Shown piece by piece: positions 27,330-37,563 of a stretch of DNA of 63,006 bases. Source of the stretch: a bacterium (lineage in GTDB: Bacteria; 4484-113); contig JAGGTK010000037.1 in the NCBI GenBank assembly GCA_021163765.1, positions 1 through 63,006 of the forward strand. The letters run 5' to 3'. The position numbers and the translations under genes were made by a program. Positions within the stretch are counted from its first letter, which is position 1. Each line of letters starts with the position of its first letter. The notes below the pieces were generated by a model that saw nothing but the letters and a program-made list of their open reading frames with translations, was not told the origin of the DNA and did not search any database.

Positions 27330-30300
27330 TTAGCGCGGTATCAGCCTCTTGAGAGCAGCCATTATCTTCTCTTGGCGTTCCTCATTAGTCGTCCGCTCCT
27401 CAACCAACTCGGTTAGCTTGCGATCCCTTTTCCTGAGAAACTCACTGTAGTTTAGTAATACCTTTTTAGCGTCCTTCTCGTAATGCGGAATACGGACGTA
27501 TTTGTGAAAGCCCTGCTGCGCTAGCAATACAATTAGCTTGGCCTGAGCTTCATACGGGAGTTCGATTATTTCACCGTTCTTAGCGCGACCTATCTTGAAA
27601 GCCACACGAAAACCGTTGAGTATCTCTTCTGGGCCTCTCGCAGTCGCGTCCTTAGGAACAACAATCGTATCCACATTAGGCATGATGTCACTGAGGAAAT
27701 CCCTGTACGTCTGCAGAATCCAGCGATAGTTGAGTTCAATGTCGTCTAGAATCTGTTTCGCTACTTCGGGGGCGGTAGCACCACCCTTTCGCTTGGCACG
27801 TTTCTTATTCTCAATCGCCCTCTCTTCTTTCTGCCGCACGTCCTCAAAGAACTGCCGCAAGTAAGCGTATAGGCGCTCAATCAGCTCATCGCGGCGCGCT
27901 TTGTCTCTGACGCCGAGCATCTGCAGAACCGCGTCGTCCAGCTCGCGGCGATCCGCCATATCAAGCTCGCTCAAGTCCGACAGGCCGTCCAGCTTGGCTT
28001 GTTTCCCCTTCTGCATGTAAGCCTGACGGCGAAGCCGTTTTTCTGAGAGAAACTGATAGGCGTCCCGTTTAGCGAGCTTGCGGAACGCTCTTGCCACTCG
28101 CTGCTGCTGGGTTTTGGTAGCTTTACGCGGGTCGGGAACAAGCATCATCTTCACGTCCAGCACTTCCGTGTCCAAGTGCCCTTCTACACCTACGGGACGG
28201 CCAAACTGGTACTTCGAGAGCAACACCACCGTTGAGTTCAGGACACCCGCATACACATGGGTATCGTCTGACACATCTACCTCGTAGTACCTCTTATTGC
28301 ATATCAGAGAATCTACATTCTGAGGAACAACATGCTTGTATTGCTGAGCCATGGGCCAGAGAATCGGTGCTCTCGCGCGACCAGTAATGTCGTACCACTT
28401 TCGACCGCCTACTGCCCTAGAAGCGCATGTACTTCCTTCCGCATAGCGTTGTTTCTCGCCCCACTCTACGTACTGATGGCAATACTTCTCAAGTCTGCTT
28501 TTTGAGGGAGCGAGTAGAATACTGTAGGGGCAGTCCTCCGCGGTAACTGCATACTTGGAAACCTGCAGCGGTGAGTGCACTTCCGGCTCCAAATACTTAG
28601 CCTCAATCGGCTTGACCTGTCTCCTTCCCGGCCCACAGCGCACCAGCTTGACTTCGCCGGACGCTACTTCTTCACGCGGAACGCCAAAGCGCTCTTTGAA
28701 TTCCTTCGCGTTCTGCTCCTTCGCAAGCATGTCCTTAGAGCAGTCAATCGGAAAGAAGAACTCATCCTTTCCTGATTTCACTCCGAAACGGACATCGGCT
28801 ATCTCCCCCAACGGCACTAACCGTTCTTCCAACTCATCGAGCAACTCAAACCACAAGTCAGGCGCCCTAAGATGCAGGCCCCACTTCCCACCGTAGTACT
28901 CGCCAGCTTGGGGCGCTACTTCGTCCTGCTCCTCCTCCTCGTCGTCAACGCCTGATTTGCTCATAACCGCGCCCAGTTTAACGCCATCCTCATAAAGCTC
29001 GCCCTGGCGAACCAAACGGGCACGGTATCTCTCATTCACAGTGTTTTCGGAAAGGTCGAGAATCTCGTCGCGGAAGCTATTCGCTGCAAAAACCGCCTCG
29101 GCGGCTGAGCCGTTGTGCATCATCACTTCCTTAATGGGCCTCCGCAGTTGCACAAATCGCACCGTGTTACTCATGCGTTTCTCTTTGTCAGGCTCCTTTT
29201 GGAGTATGGTAACTGCCGTGGCTACTCTGGCGCCCTCAAACCACGGCTCTTCTATACTCTCGAACACCGCGATAATACGGAAGTTCTCCAGTATCCACTT
29301 CTGGAGTTTGAAGCCGTACTCAACGTCTAGCCACTGGCTTGATGTGATCAAGCACAGATACCCATCGTCTTTCAAGAAGCTCGCAGAATGAAGCCAGAAG
29401 TAGACGTGTATGTCGCTTCTGCCGCTTAGCTTTACGCCCTGCTCTTTCTGCACCAGGGCCTGATAGCGCTTTTTCCTGCTCTTATCAATCATCTCTTGGC
29501 GGATATATGGTGGATTACCTACCACGGCGTCAAGCGCGGAAACCGTCACATTCCGATGCTCCGAATTGTCGCCACCGTGCACCGGCAGGCGCATGAACTT
29601 CCCGCCCGGCCTGATATCAAAAAAGTCACTCCGTTTGATTTGCGGGTAGTTCTCCGCGCCAACCAGATCTCTAGTGGCTAAGTTTATTGTGCTCAGATGA
29701 GCGGCGAATCGCTCTATGTCAACGCCAAACAGGTCATTCAGGCGCTCTACATGCTTCCGCTCCGGCTTCAGCTCGCGTTTCCTCGCGTAAGCCCTCACGA
29801 GAAAGGTTCCACCACCGCAGGCGGGGTCCATCACGAGTTCATCGCCCCTTATGATACAGAAGCTATTGATTAGATCTACGACTTCAACACGGGTGTAGTA
29901 CTGACCGTATTTCCGGCGCTCTTCGGGAGCGATTAGCCGCTCGAAGATGTTGCCGATTAGCTCGTAGTCCAGCTTGGAGAAGTCAAACTGGTGAATCTGA
30001 GTTATCAGGCGCCGCCAGCTTTCCACTGACGCATCACTCTTGAACGGGACCGTGTCGCCGTAGGAGTGGCGCTCCTCACCGAAGACAGTCTCATAGTCTC
30101 CTGTCGCTATCACTGCTTCGGCAAATAGGCCAGCGAAATGAAGCCTTAGTTCCTCACCCGTAGTGATGTGGCCTGGCACCGAAAGCGCGGCCATCTTTGC
30201 ACCATGGCGCTTCAACAACGCTTCATGGAAAACAAGACGATTCACTAGTGCATAACACGCGAATCGCGCCGCGCGGCGAAGCTGATAAGCGATGTCCTCG

Positions 30301-30950
30301 GGGTCGTCAGACACTATCCACCCAAGGTCATCCATCATCCAACCATCCAGGCGGTTCTTCTGGGCCCCATCAGCATATATATTCCGGAGAGCGTGGTATG
30401 TCTGCTCGATAGGCAGATTCAGATACGACTCGATTGTCTCAGTGAACTTCTCATCTGGGGACTTGAGACTGACCCGCACTTCACTCTTGAGAATCTGCCT
30501 AAACTTGTAGAGGAAATCCCGCAGCCAATCTTTCAGCTTTCTTTCAACTGAAGGAAGCTCTAGGTCGTGTTCAAAGTGAACAGCAGCAGTGTCCCAGCGC
30601 TCGTAGTGGCTTCCAGCCAGCGGAGGTTCACTTGGCTCAGTCTGCCACAAAACAAACTCATTTACATTCCACGTAAAGAAGAACCTGGACTTCGCCGCGC
30701 GAGCCTTCTTCCTCGCATCAGCTACTAGCTCATCGTTAAAGGGCGACTGTCCTTCCGGGCTAAAGGGAAGCTTAACTTCGCCCGTTAGCACTACGTTGCC
30801 ATTGTTATCGTGCAATGTAAGGTCTCTACGCTTCTGTGAGCCTTTGAGCTTCTCCTCAATGTCCGCACGCGAGTAGGGCAGCGATGGGTTGCCATCTAGG
30901 ATTATCGCAATCCATTGAGTGACGCGCGCCGTGAATTGCAGTTCATTCAT
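27330..30950 (-). CDS. Fused nuclease / N6-adenine methyltransferase (type IIG-like restriction-modification enzyme)
   Basis: N-terminal RRDLTL...GEVK (PD-(D/E)XK-like), GQYYT, DPACGGGTF (motif I), GNPPY (motif IV), C-terminal TRD-like region; codon usage visibly less GC-biased than neighbours. Confidence 0.88.
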   Translation of the reverse strand: MNELQFTARVTQWIAIILDGNPSLPYSRADIEEKLKGSQKRRDLTLHDNNGNVVLTGEVKLPFSPEGQSPFNDELVADARKKARAAKSRFFFTWNVNEFVLWQTEPSEPPLAGSHYERWDTAAVHFEHDLELPSVERKLKDWLRDFLYKFRQILKSEVRVSLKSPDEKFTETIESYLNLPIEQTYHALRNIYADGAQKNRLDGWMMDDLGWIVSDDPEDIAYQLRRAARFACYALVNRLVFHEALLKRHGAKMAALSVPGHITTGEELRLHFAGLFAEAVIATGDYETVFGEERHSYGDTVPFKSDASVESWRRLITQIHQFDFSKLDYELIGNIFERLIAPEERRKYGQYYTRVEVVDLINSFCIIRGDELVMDPACGGGTFLVRAYARKRELKPERKHVERLNDLFGVDIERFAAHLSTINLATRDLVGAENYPQIKRSDFFDIRPGGKFMRLPVHGGDNSEHRNVTVSALDAVVGNPPYIRQEMIDKSRKKRYQALVQKEQGVKLSGRSDIHVYFWLHSASFLKDDGYLCLITSSQWLDVEYGFKLQKWILENFRIIAVFESIEEPWFEGARVATAVTILQKEPDKEKRMSNTVRFVQLRRPIKEVMMHNGSAAEAVFAANSFRDEILDLSENTVNERYRARLVRQGELYEDGVKLGAVMSKSGVDDEEEEQDEVAPQAGEYYGGKWGLHLRAPDLWFELLDELEERLVPLGEIADVRFGVKSGKDEFFFPIDCSKDMLAKEQNAKEFKERFGVPREEVASGEVKLVRCGPGRRQVKPIEAKYLEPEVHSPLQVSKYAVTAEDCPYSILLAPSKSRLEKYCHQYVEWGEKQRYAEGSTCASRAVGGRKWYDITGRARAPILWPMAQQYKHVVPQNVDSLICNKRYYEVDVSDDTHVYAGVLNSTVVLLSKYQFGRPVGVEGHLDTEVLDVKMMLVPDPRKATKTQQQRVARAFRKLAKRDAYQFLSEKRLRRQAYMQKGKQAKLDGLSDLSELDMADRRELDDAVLQMLGVRDKARRDELIERLYAYLRQFFEDVRQKEERAIENKKRAKRKGGATAPEVAKQILDDIELNYRWILQTYRDFLSDIMPNVDTIVVPKDATARGPEEILNGFRVAFKIGRAKNGEIIELPYEAQAKLIVLLAQQGFHKYVRIPHYEKDAKKVLLNYSEFLRKRDRKLTELVEERTTNEERQEKIMAALKRLIPR

Positions 30951-31053
30951 AGTTAAACCGTGGAACGAACTCCTGGAACCTCCCTAATGATGATAGCACG
31001 AGGCTGGCGCAGGGCAAGTACTCATCATCTTCCAATACGTTGCAGCCCGTCGC

Positions 31054-31082
31054 TTGCACCTTCGCGTATACTCTGCTATGCT
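31054..31082 (+). promoter_or_regulatory. Sigma70-type promoter upstream of the TPP riboswitch
   Basis: TTGCAC-17 nt-TATGCT with extended TG. Confidence 0.55.
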
Positions 31083-31092
31083 CTATCGCGGT

Positions 31093-31189
31093 CGTTAGGG
31101 GAGCTCCTTAAACGGGGCTGAGAGATTTGCCTGCCTCTGGCGGGTAGACCCTTTGAACCTGACCCGGGTAATACCGGCGTAGGAAAACG
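31093..31189 (+). promoter_or_regulatory. TPP (thi-box) riboswitch
   Basis: AGGGGAGC...GGCTGAGA...ACCCTTTGAACCTGACCCGGGTAATACCGGCGTAGGAA matches the TPP aptamer consensus. Confidence 0.96.
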
Positions 31190-31254
31190 GCTTCCTGCAA
31201 GGGCAAGTTCCCAAGGCTCCCCGGCGCTGGCAAATCGGCTTCAGGGAGTGTGTA

Positions 31255-32322
31255 ATGGGAAACGCCAAATCCGAACTTCCGCCTATCGGCAAGGTCTCAC
31301 CGGAAATCTTCAACGAGATTATCCTTCCTCAGCTCGGCCGCAAGCGCAGCTCCGTGCTGGTAGGCCCGCAGCACGGAGTTGACATCGGCGTGTGCGACCT
31401 GGGCCATGGACAGGTGATGGTCACCACCACCGACCCGGTGTTCATCGTGCCGCCGTACGGCTGGGAGCGCAGCGCCTGGTTCGCCTTGCACATACTCGCC
31501 AGCGATGCGGTAACCTCTGGCCTGCCGCCGACCTATATGACGATTGACCTCAACCTCCCTATGAGCATCACTCGCGACGAGCTGGAGACGATGTGGGGCG
31601 TAATCCACCGCGAAAGCGAGAAAATGGGAATGGCGATTGTGTCCGGCCACACGGGAAGATACGAGGGCTGCGAATACCCGATGGTGGGCGGCGCCACCGT
31701 TATCTGCATCGGGCCTGCGGACAAGTACGTTACGCCGGCTATGGCGCGCGTCGGCGATAAGATTATCATTACCAAGGGCGCTGCTGTCGAAGCTGCGGGG
31801 CTTTTCGCCTGCACCTATCCCCAGCGCGTTGCTGAAGCCTACGGCGACGAGACAGCCCATGAAGCCGAAGAGGTCTTCTGGCAGATGAGCGTCGTCGAGG
31901 ACGCACTGACCGCTGTGGAGGTTGGGGTGCGCGACGAGGGCGTTACAGCTATGCACGATGCAACCGAATGCGGTGTCTGGGGCGGGCTGTTCGAAGTCGC
32001 CGAAGCGTCAGGGGTCGGGATGGTCATCCACAAGGAGGACATCATCCTGCAACCGGTCATCGCGAAAGTCTGCGGCCTCTTCGGCATTGACCCCTACTCC
32101 TCCATCAGCGAAGGAACGCTCATTGCCACCGTCCGTCCGCACAGGGCTCAGGAGGTGGAGAAGCGCCTGAACGACAAAGGCATCCTGACCTCCATAGTCG
32201 GCGAAGTCGTGCCGAAAGATGAAGGTATGCACGTCTATATCGAGGGCAAAAAGACCATACTTAAGCACCCGCGCGTTGACCCGTTCTGGCAGGCTTTCGG
32301 CAAGGCCGCCGAGATGCGGTAG
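31255..32322 (+). CDS. AIR synthase (PurM/HypE/ThiL superfamily) related protein under TPP control
   Basis: VLVGPQHGVD, TTDPV, ASDAVTSG, VSGHTG, AMHDATECGVWGGLFEVAEASG, DPYSSISEGTL. Confidence 0.88.
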   Translation: MGNAKSELPPIGKVSPEIFNEIILPQLGRKRSSVLVGPQHGVDIGVCDLGHGQVMVTTTDPVFIVPPYGWERSAWFALHILASDAVTSGLPPTYMTIDLNLPMSITRDELETMWGVIHRESEKMGMAIVSGHTGRYEGCEYPMVGGATVICIGPADKYVTPAMARVGDKIIITKGAAVEAAGLFACTYPQRVAEAYGDETAHEAEEVFWQMSVVEDALTAVEVGVRDEGVTAMHDATECGVWGGLFEVAEASGVGMVIHKEDIILQPVIAKVCGLFGIDPYSSISEGTLIATVRPHRAQEVEKRLNDKGILTSIVGEVVPKDEGMHVYIEGKKTILKHPRVDPFWQAFGKAAEMR

Positions 32323-32386
32323 GCGAACCGCTTGCAGATTCAGCTATTACCGACGAAGCGCAATGGAGCAGAAACTCAACTGGAGC

Positions 32387-33631
32387 CTACGGTTCAACTG
32401 GGGCCTCTTCTGCTTCCTCGGCCTGAGACACTCTGACTTTATTACGGCCGGCATCCTTGGCCGCGTAGAGAGCCAGGTCGGCCGCCGCCACGATTTCGCG
32501 CTCCCCGATGCCGTCTTCGGGGAATGTGGCGACACCAACGCTTATGGTTACGCTCACTGACTTGCCCGACTCGATGGTAACGGACGCCTCCGAAACCATT
32601 CTGCGGATGCGTTCTGCAACGAGCGTGGCGCCCTGCTTGTCGGTCTCCGGCATCAGGATTGCCATTTCTTCGCCGCCATACCTCGCAGCAGATGCGTCTT
32701 CGCCGGCCTCCTGCATAATGACAGTCATCCCTGTGCCGGCGTATCGAGCGGCTGCATCGATTGTACGCAGCCCCTCCTTGATAGTTTCAACCACCCGCTT
32801 CAGAACTTCGTCGCCGACCAGATGGCCGTACGTGTCATTAACGTCCTTGAAGCGGTCAACATCTATCATCAGCAGCGAAAACACACGGTGGTAGCGGCCG
32901 GCTCGCTCAATCTCGTGCGCCAGCAGGCGATGGAACTCGCGCCGGTTTAGGAGCCCTGTCAGGCTGTCGTGAGTTGCCAGCTCATGGATTTTCTGCTCCG
33001 CGAGCTTACGCTCTGTAATATCCACCATCACCCCGGCCATGTACTTCTTAGCGTTCTTTGGCCTTACCTGAACCATCCTGTCCTCAACCCAGATATACTC
33101 ACCGTCTACGCGGCGCACGCGGAATTGCATCGTCAGGACGTCCGGCTCTCCGGCATCGTGCCAGGCCTTCACCTCTTTCTTCAGCCTTGGCTTATCCTCC
33201 GGATGGATAAGGTCTACAAATGAGCTCCGGTCTCTGGTAAGCGTTTCCGGCGCATAGCCGAGCCAGTCAAAGATGTTTTCTGAGATGAATTCCCTGCCGC
33301 CTCCGGTTTCATACAGCACGACCTTCGGCAGGTTTCCCAGCAGGACTCCGAGCCGCATCTGCGTCTGGCGCAGCGCCCTTTCCGCTCCACTGTGCCTTAG
33401 CGTTGTATAGTAGTAAAAAACGCACAGCACAACCAGCAGGGCCGCGACCACTGAGCGCGTCCAGATTTCCTGCGGCGCCGGCGTGATGACCTGCGAAATC
33501 CAGCTCCCTTCATTGAACACGAAAGCGTCAACCGCCGATTCGACCAGCCAGTACGCGACTGCGAGCAGGGAGCATACGGCTATTTTTATAGCCTTTATCT
33601 GCAGAATGCCGTTTTGCTTCTTCCCCTCCAT
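32387..33631 (-). CDS. Membrane PAS-GGDEF diguanylate cyclase-like protein
   Basis: Two TM helices, PAS/PAC (IHPEDK...DITERK), HDSLTGLLNRR, DVDRFKDVNDTYGHLVGD, RYGGEEM, ADLALYAAKDAGRN. Confidence 0.92.
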   Translation of the reverse strand: MEGKKQNGILQIKAIKIAVCSLLAVAYWLVESAVDAFVFNEGSWISQVITPAPQEIWTRSVVAALLVVLCVFYYYTTLRHSGAERALRQTQMRLGVLLGNLPKVVLYETGGGREFISENIFDWLGYAPETLTRDRSSFVDLIHPEDKPRLKKEVKAWHDAGEPDVLTMQFRVRRVDGEYIWVEDRMVQVRPKNAKKYMAGVMVDITERKLAEQKIHELATHDSLTGLLNRREFHRLLAHEIERAGRYHRVFSLLMIDVDRFKDVNDTYGHLVGDEVLKRVVETIKEGLRTIDAAARYAGTGMTVIMQEAGEDASAARYGGEEMAILMPETDKQGATLVAERIRRMVSEASVTIESGKSVSVTISVGVATFPEDGIGEREIVAAADLALYAAKDAGRNKVRVSQAEEAEEAPVEP

Positions 33632-33789
33632 CTCTGTCGGGCCATGTTTCACAAAATACGCCTTCTCGATACGCGATAGTGGCACGCTGAATCAGGCGGA
33701 AAAGTTGCCCATCCCATAATTGTTTAGTATACACTGGCTCCTTAGACTTCTCAAGCGCCCCCGGCCTGCCGCTTCTGAAGCCTTTCGCG

Positions 33790-34419
33790 CTACTCCACAT
33801 ACTCCTCGTAAAGGCTCATGTATTCCAGGATAATGTCCACCGCTGCCGGGCGCATATCAACCACCAGCTCGTCGCCGCCGAAAGCGTCATCAATCGCCGG
33901 CCAGACACCTGCCCAGTCCCCGTCAAACGCCACCTGCGCTTTGGCAAGCCCGTAAATGAGCCTGATGGTAAGGCTCTCCGGTTTGAACTCGTTCGCCAGT
34001 TCCAGCAGCGGCAAGGCCTCTTCGGGATGGAAGTAGTCGTCCATCATCGCCAGATATCCCAGGCAGCACAGCTCGTCGTCCGTCAGCTCCGCCAGCCGTT
34101 CCTCGTCCACCTCATAAAGCGACCAGCCCCGGCTGAGCGCAAGATACGACGCGAAAAGCTCCGCGTTGTGCTTGCCCTCAATGTCCCAGCCCAGCGCATT
34201 TATCACTGCAACCTTGGCGTCAATCGGCACGTCCGGCGATGACAGGTACTGCGCCATCCGCAAATCCAGCACGCCCGATCCCAGCGCGTCCCGGACAATC
34301 GCGAGATCGAAATACGCCTCGTGAAACGGCGTGGACGTAATCGGCGAGTCTGCGCGCGCCGGAGCAGACAGAATGCTCACTGCGGCGAGCGCTGCTATTA
34401 TGGTGAAAAGATATTTCAT
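33790..34419 (-). CDS. Hypothetical secreted protein
   Basis: ATG with GGAGG RBS; signal peptide MKYLFTIIAALAAVSILSAPARA-DSP; acidic helical mature part. Confidence 0.8.
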   Translation of the reverse strand: MKYLFTIIAALAAVSILSAPARADSPITSTPFHEAYFDLAIVRDALGSGVLDLRMAQYLSSPDVPIDAKVAVINALGWDIEGKHNAELFASYLALSRGWSLYEVDEERLAELTDDELCCLGYLAMMDDYFHPEEALPLLELANEFKPESLTIRLIYGLAKAQVAFDGDWAGVWPAIDDAFGGDELVVDMRPAAVDIILEYMSLYEEYVE

Positions 34420-34556
34420 CGTCCCTCCCCCATTGCGTGAATGCCTTATTCTATCAGGAATGACATCCACCGCCGCACCTGTTTCCATTCCCGGTGGCAT
34501 GGGCGCTTGCCCGCCTGTGGAGGGTTTGCCCGCCACGCCGCGCTTCGCGCTACCGG

Positions 34557-35063
34557 TCACGCCTCCCGCCGCGCCCCCCATCTTCCCCGAAACACATTCT
34601 CCTCTTTGTACCATGTGTTCGCCGGCTTCTCTTCGGCGGGATAGCCGACGGCGATAAGCGCGAACACCCACCAGCCTTCGGGCACTTCGAAGAACTCGTG
34701 CGCCCACTCCTGGCGCTCCGGCTTCATACCGCACCAGCACGTTCCCAGTCCCAGTTCCGGCGCAGCGAGCAGCAGGTTCTGCGTCGCGGCGGCGAGGTCC
34801 TGCTGATAGTAAAAGGTTTCCATGTCCGCAACCGGCACGATGCACAGCGTAGCTGTGAAAAGCATATCCGCGTTCGGGTAATGCTCCGCGAGCTTGTCCA
34901 GCGTCTCGCGGTCGTCCACAACGATGAAGCGCCAGCCCTGGCGGTTGTTCGCGCTCGGCGCGGCCATCGCTGCGCGCAGAAGCTCCGTCACCTTCTCCGG
35001 CTCGACGGGCCTGTCGGCATGGAATTTCCTGATACTGCGGCGTCGGTAGATATATTCCAGCAT
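34557..35063 (-). CDS. Nitroreductase-family protein
   Basis: RRSIRKF, AAMAAPSANNRQGWRFIVV, QNLLLAAPELGLGTCW, AVGYP. Confidence 0.94.
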   Translation of the reverse strand: MLEYIYRRRSIRKFHADRPVEPEKVTELLRAAMAAPSANNRQGWRFIVVDDRETLDKLAEHYPNADMLFTATLCIVPVADMETFYYQQDLAAATQNLLLAAPELGLGTCWCGMKPERQEWAHEFFEVPEGWWVFALIAVGYPAEEKPANTWYKEENVFRGRWGARREA

Positions 35064-35130
35064 GGCACTATGATAACCGATACCGCGCGCTTTTCGGCTC
35101 TGCTATAATCGCAATACTTAAGGCAAAGCC

Positions 35131-37541
35131 ATGCGCATCCTGTATTCCTGGCTTTCGGAGTTCATGAATCGCCTGCCGGAGGCGGCGGAGCTGGCACGCA
35201 TGCTCACCGAACGCGGCGTTGAAGCCGAACTCCTGATTCCGCTGCAACCGGCTGTCACAGGGCTTGCTGTCGGACGTGTCACCGGGCAGCCCACAAGTGA
35301 TGCCAAACAGCCCGCATTTCCGCGGACGTGAACGGCGAGGCAAAGACCTTCACCAGCCGCGCCGCCGATATACCGGTCGGCTATGAAGTTTTCCTGAACA
35401 CCGGGGACGGGAGCATCCCCACGCTGGAGGAACTCGGCCTTGCTCCCGTGCGCTTCCCGCTGGTCAAGCCGGAAGCGATGAGCATCGAGGATATCGCTGC
35501 AGATTGCGTCATCGATTTCGCGCCGGTATCCAACCGGGGTGACCTGCTCTCGCACCTTGGCATTGCGCGCGAAGCCGCACTGGCAGTCGGCCAGGAGCTA
35601 CGAATGCCCGCGCTCGCCGATATCGACCCAAAGGCCAAGGGTGATAATCGCCCAACGATAGAGCTTCCCGCACCTGACCTGTGTCCGCGCTACGTTGGCT
35701 GCTACTTTGACAGCGTAAAAATAGAGCCCGGCCCCGACTGGATGGCCTATCGCCTGTCGCTTTGCGGCGTCAACCCGATCAGCAACATCGTTGACCTCTC
35801 CAACTATTTGCTCTTCGAGCTTGGCCAGCCAATGCATACGTTCGACCGGGATATTCTTTCGGGTACAATCTCCGCGCGAAGGGCAAGTCCCGGCGAACGC
35901 TTCACGGCGATCAACCACGTGGAATACGAGCTCACCAGGAGCCACCTGGTAATTGCCGACGAAAAGAAAGCCGTCGCGCTCGCGGGCGTAATGGGCGGCG
36001 TCGAATCCGAGATCAGGGACACAACCGCGAGCGTGCTCCTTGAGAGCGCCTACTTCACGCCTAAGAACAACCGCATCACCAGCAGGCGGCTGGGACTGCA
36101 ATCCGAATCCTCGCTCCGCTTTGGCCGCGGAATCGACCCGCAGCTCCCTCCGGTCGCGGCACGCCGCTTCATACATCTTGCCGAGAGCATTGGCGCCGCC
36201 AGCTTCGTCCGGGGCAGTTTCGTTGACGCCAACGTTTACAAACAGGACACAGAACCGATACCCTTTGACTGCGCGCGCATAAACTCCCTGCTCGGTGCCA
36301 GCATTAATACTAACAGGATGGTTGACGCGCTGGTCAAGCTGGGGATGACCATCAAGCGGAATGGCGAGCACTTCACGGCCGTCCCACCGAGCTGGCGGCA
36401 CGACATCGAGATGTGGGAAGACCTGGCTGAAGAAGTGATGCGGCTGAACCTCTTTGACTCCCTAGAGCCGAGAACTCTTCGCGTCCCGCTCAAGAGCGGC
36501 GTGCTGGAGCCAGTGCTGTCGTTTGCCCGCCGCACGGAAGATTTGCTGACGCGCCTGGGCGGCCAGCAGGTGATGAACCAGGCTTTCCTCTCGCCCCAGC
36601 GCGCTGAGGCCTTCTTCGGCGAGAATCATCATCTGGTCCCCGTTCAGAATCCCGACTCGGCTGACCAGGCATTCCTCATCGGCTCTCTCCTGCCCGGAAT
36701 GCTCGCAAGCGCGGAGCACAACCGCCGTCACAGCGAACGACCGCCATTCTGTTTCGAACTCGCGCGGATCTACAGCCTTCGGGAATTTGAAACAGGCGTG
36801 AGCTACACTCTTGACATTGACGGTAAAGGACATTACGAGCAGCAGGCTCTGGGGCTTATTTACGGGGATGGTTTCACGCCCCCCGCCCATTTGCGCCCTG
36901 ACTTCAGCGGCGAAAGCCCTTTGTTCGTGCTTAAGGGCGTGCTAAGCGAGCTGTTCGCGGAAATCGGCGGGCCGGAACCCGAATTCTCTGAAGCCCGGCA
37001 GACAGCAATGGCAGCCGGACGCACGTTCGCGATATCAGCGGGCGGCACGCAACTGGGCATACTGGGCGAGATAACAGCTTCAGTTCTGGAGGCTGGAGAA
37101 GAGCGTCTCGCCTTCGCCCAGATGAACCTGGACCGCCTGGCTACCCTCTCCCAACGCCACCTGCGGCTCGCAGGCTACAGCGTTTATCCCCGGGTGGAGC
37201 GAGACCTCGCCATGCTGGTGCCCGCAACTATGGAAATCGCAGACTCTCTCGACATTATCCGCGAAGCCGGTGGCGACTTGCTCGTTGACGCATTCCCGTT
37301 TGACATCTATCGCGGAAAGCAGATTCCGCCGGATCACAAGAGCGTGGCATTCCACCTTGTCTTCCAGAGCCCCGAACGCACTCTTACCGGCACCGAGGTC
37401 GATGAACGTGTGCTGGCTGCGCTCGTCGAGCTCCACCGCCGAAAGAATATTGTTATACGCGACTTCTCCCGGATAAAGGAACTCAGCATTTTCAGCGACG
37501 AGCGGTTCAGTGATGAGTTGCACAAAGCGTACGGCGTCTAG
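35131..37541 (+). CDS. pheT: Phenylalanine-tRNA ligase beta subunit, with an apparent 1-nt frameshift near 35305
   Basis: MRILYSWLSEF start; NRGDLLSHLGIARE, NIVDLSNY, GQPMHTFD, ALAGVMGG, ESSLRFGRG, PSWRHDI...EDLAEE, FDIYRGKQI...KSVAF. Adding one A to GCCAAACAG joins the two ORFs. Confidence 0.93.
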
Positions 37542-37563
37542 GCCCCGTCCATCGAGCTCGGCT

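Noticed and set aside
27330-30950. BREX or DISARM system
   Set aside because: No partner genes (PglZ, BrxC, DrmA/B) adjacent to either methyltransferase fusion.
35295-35331. Programmed frameshift or split pheT
   Set aside because: One extra A in a short A run restores an essential gene and there is no clear slippery heptamer; a homopolymer sequencing error is most likely. Reads would settle it.
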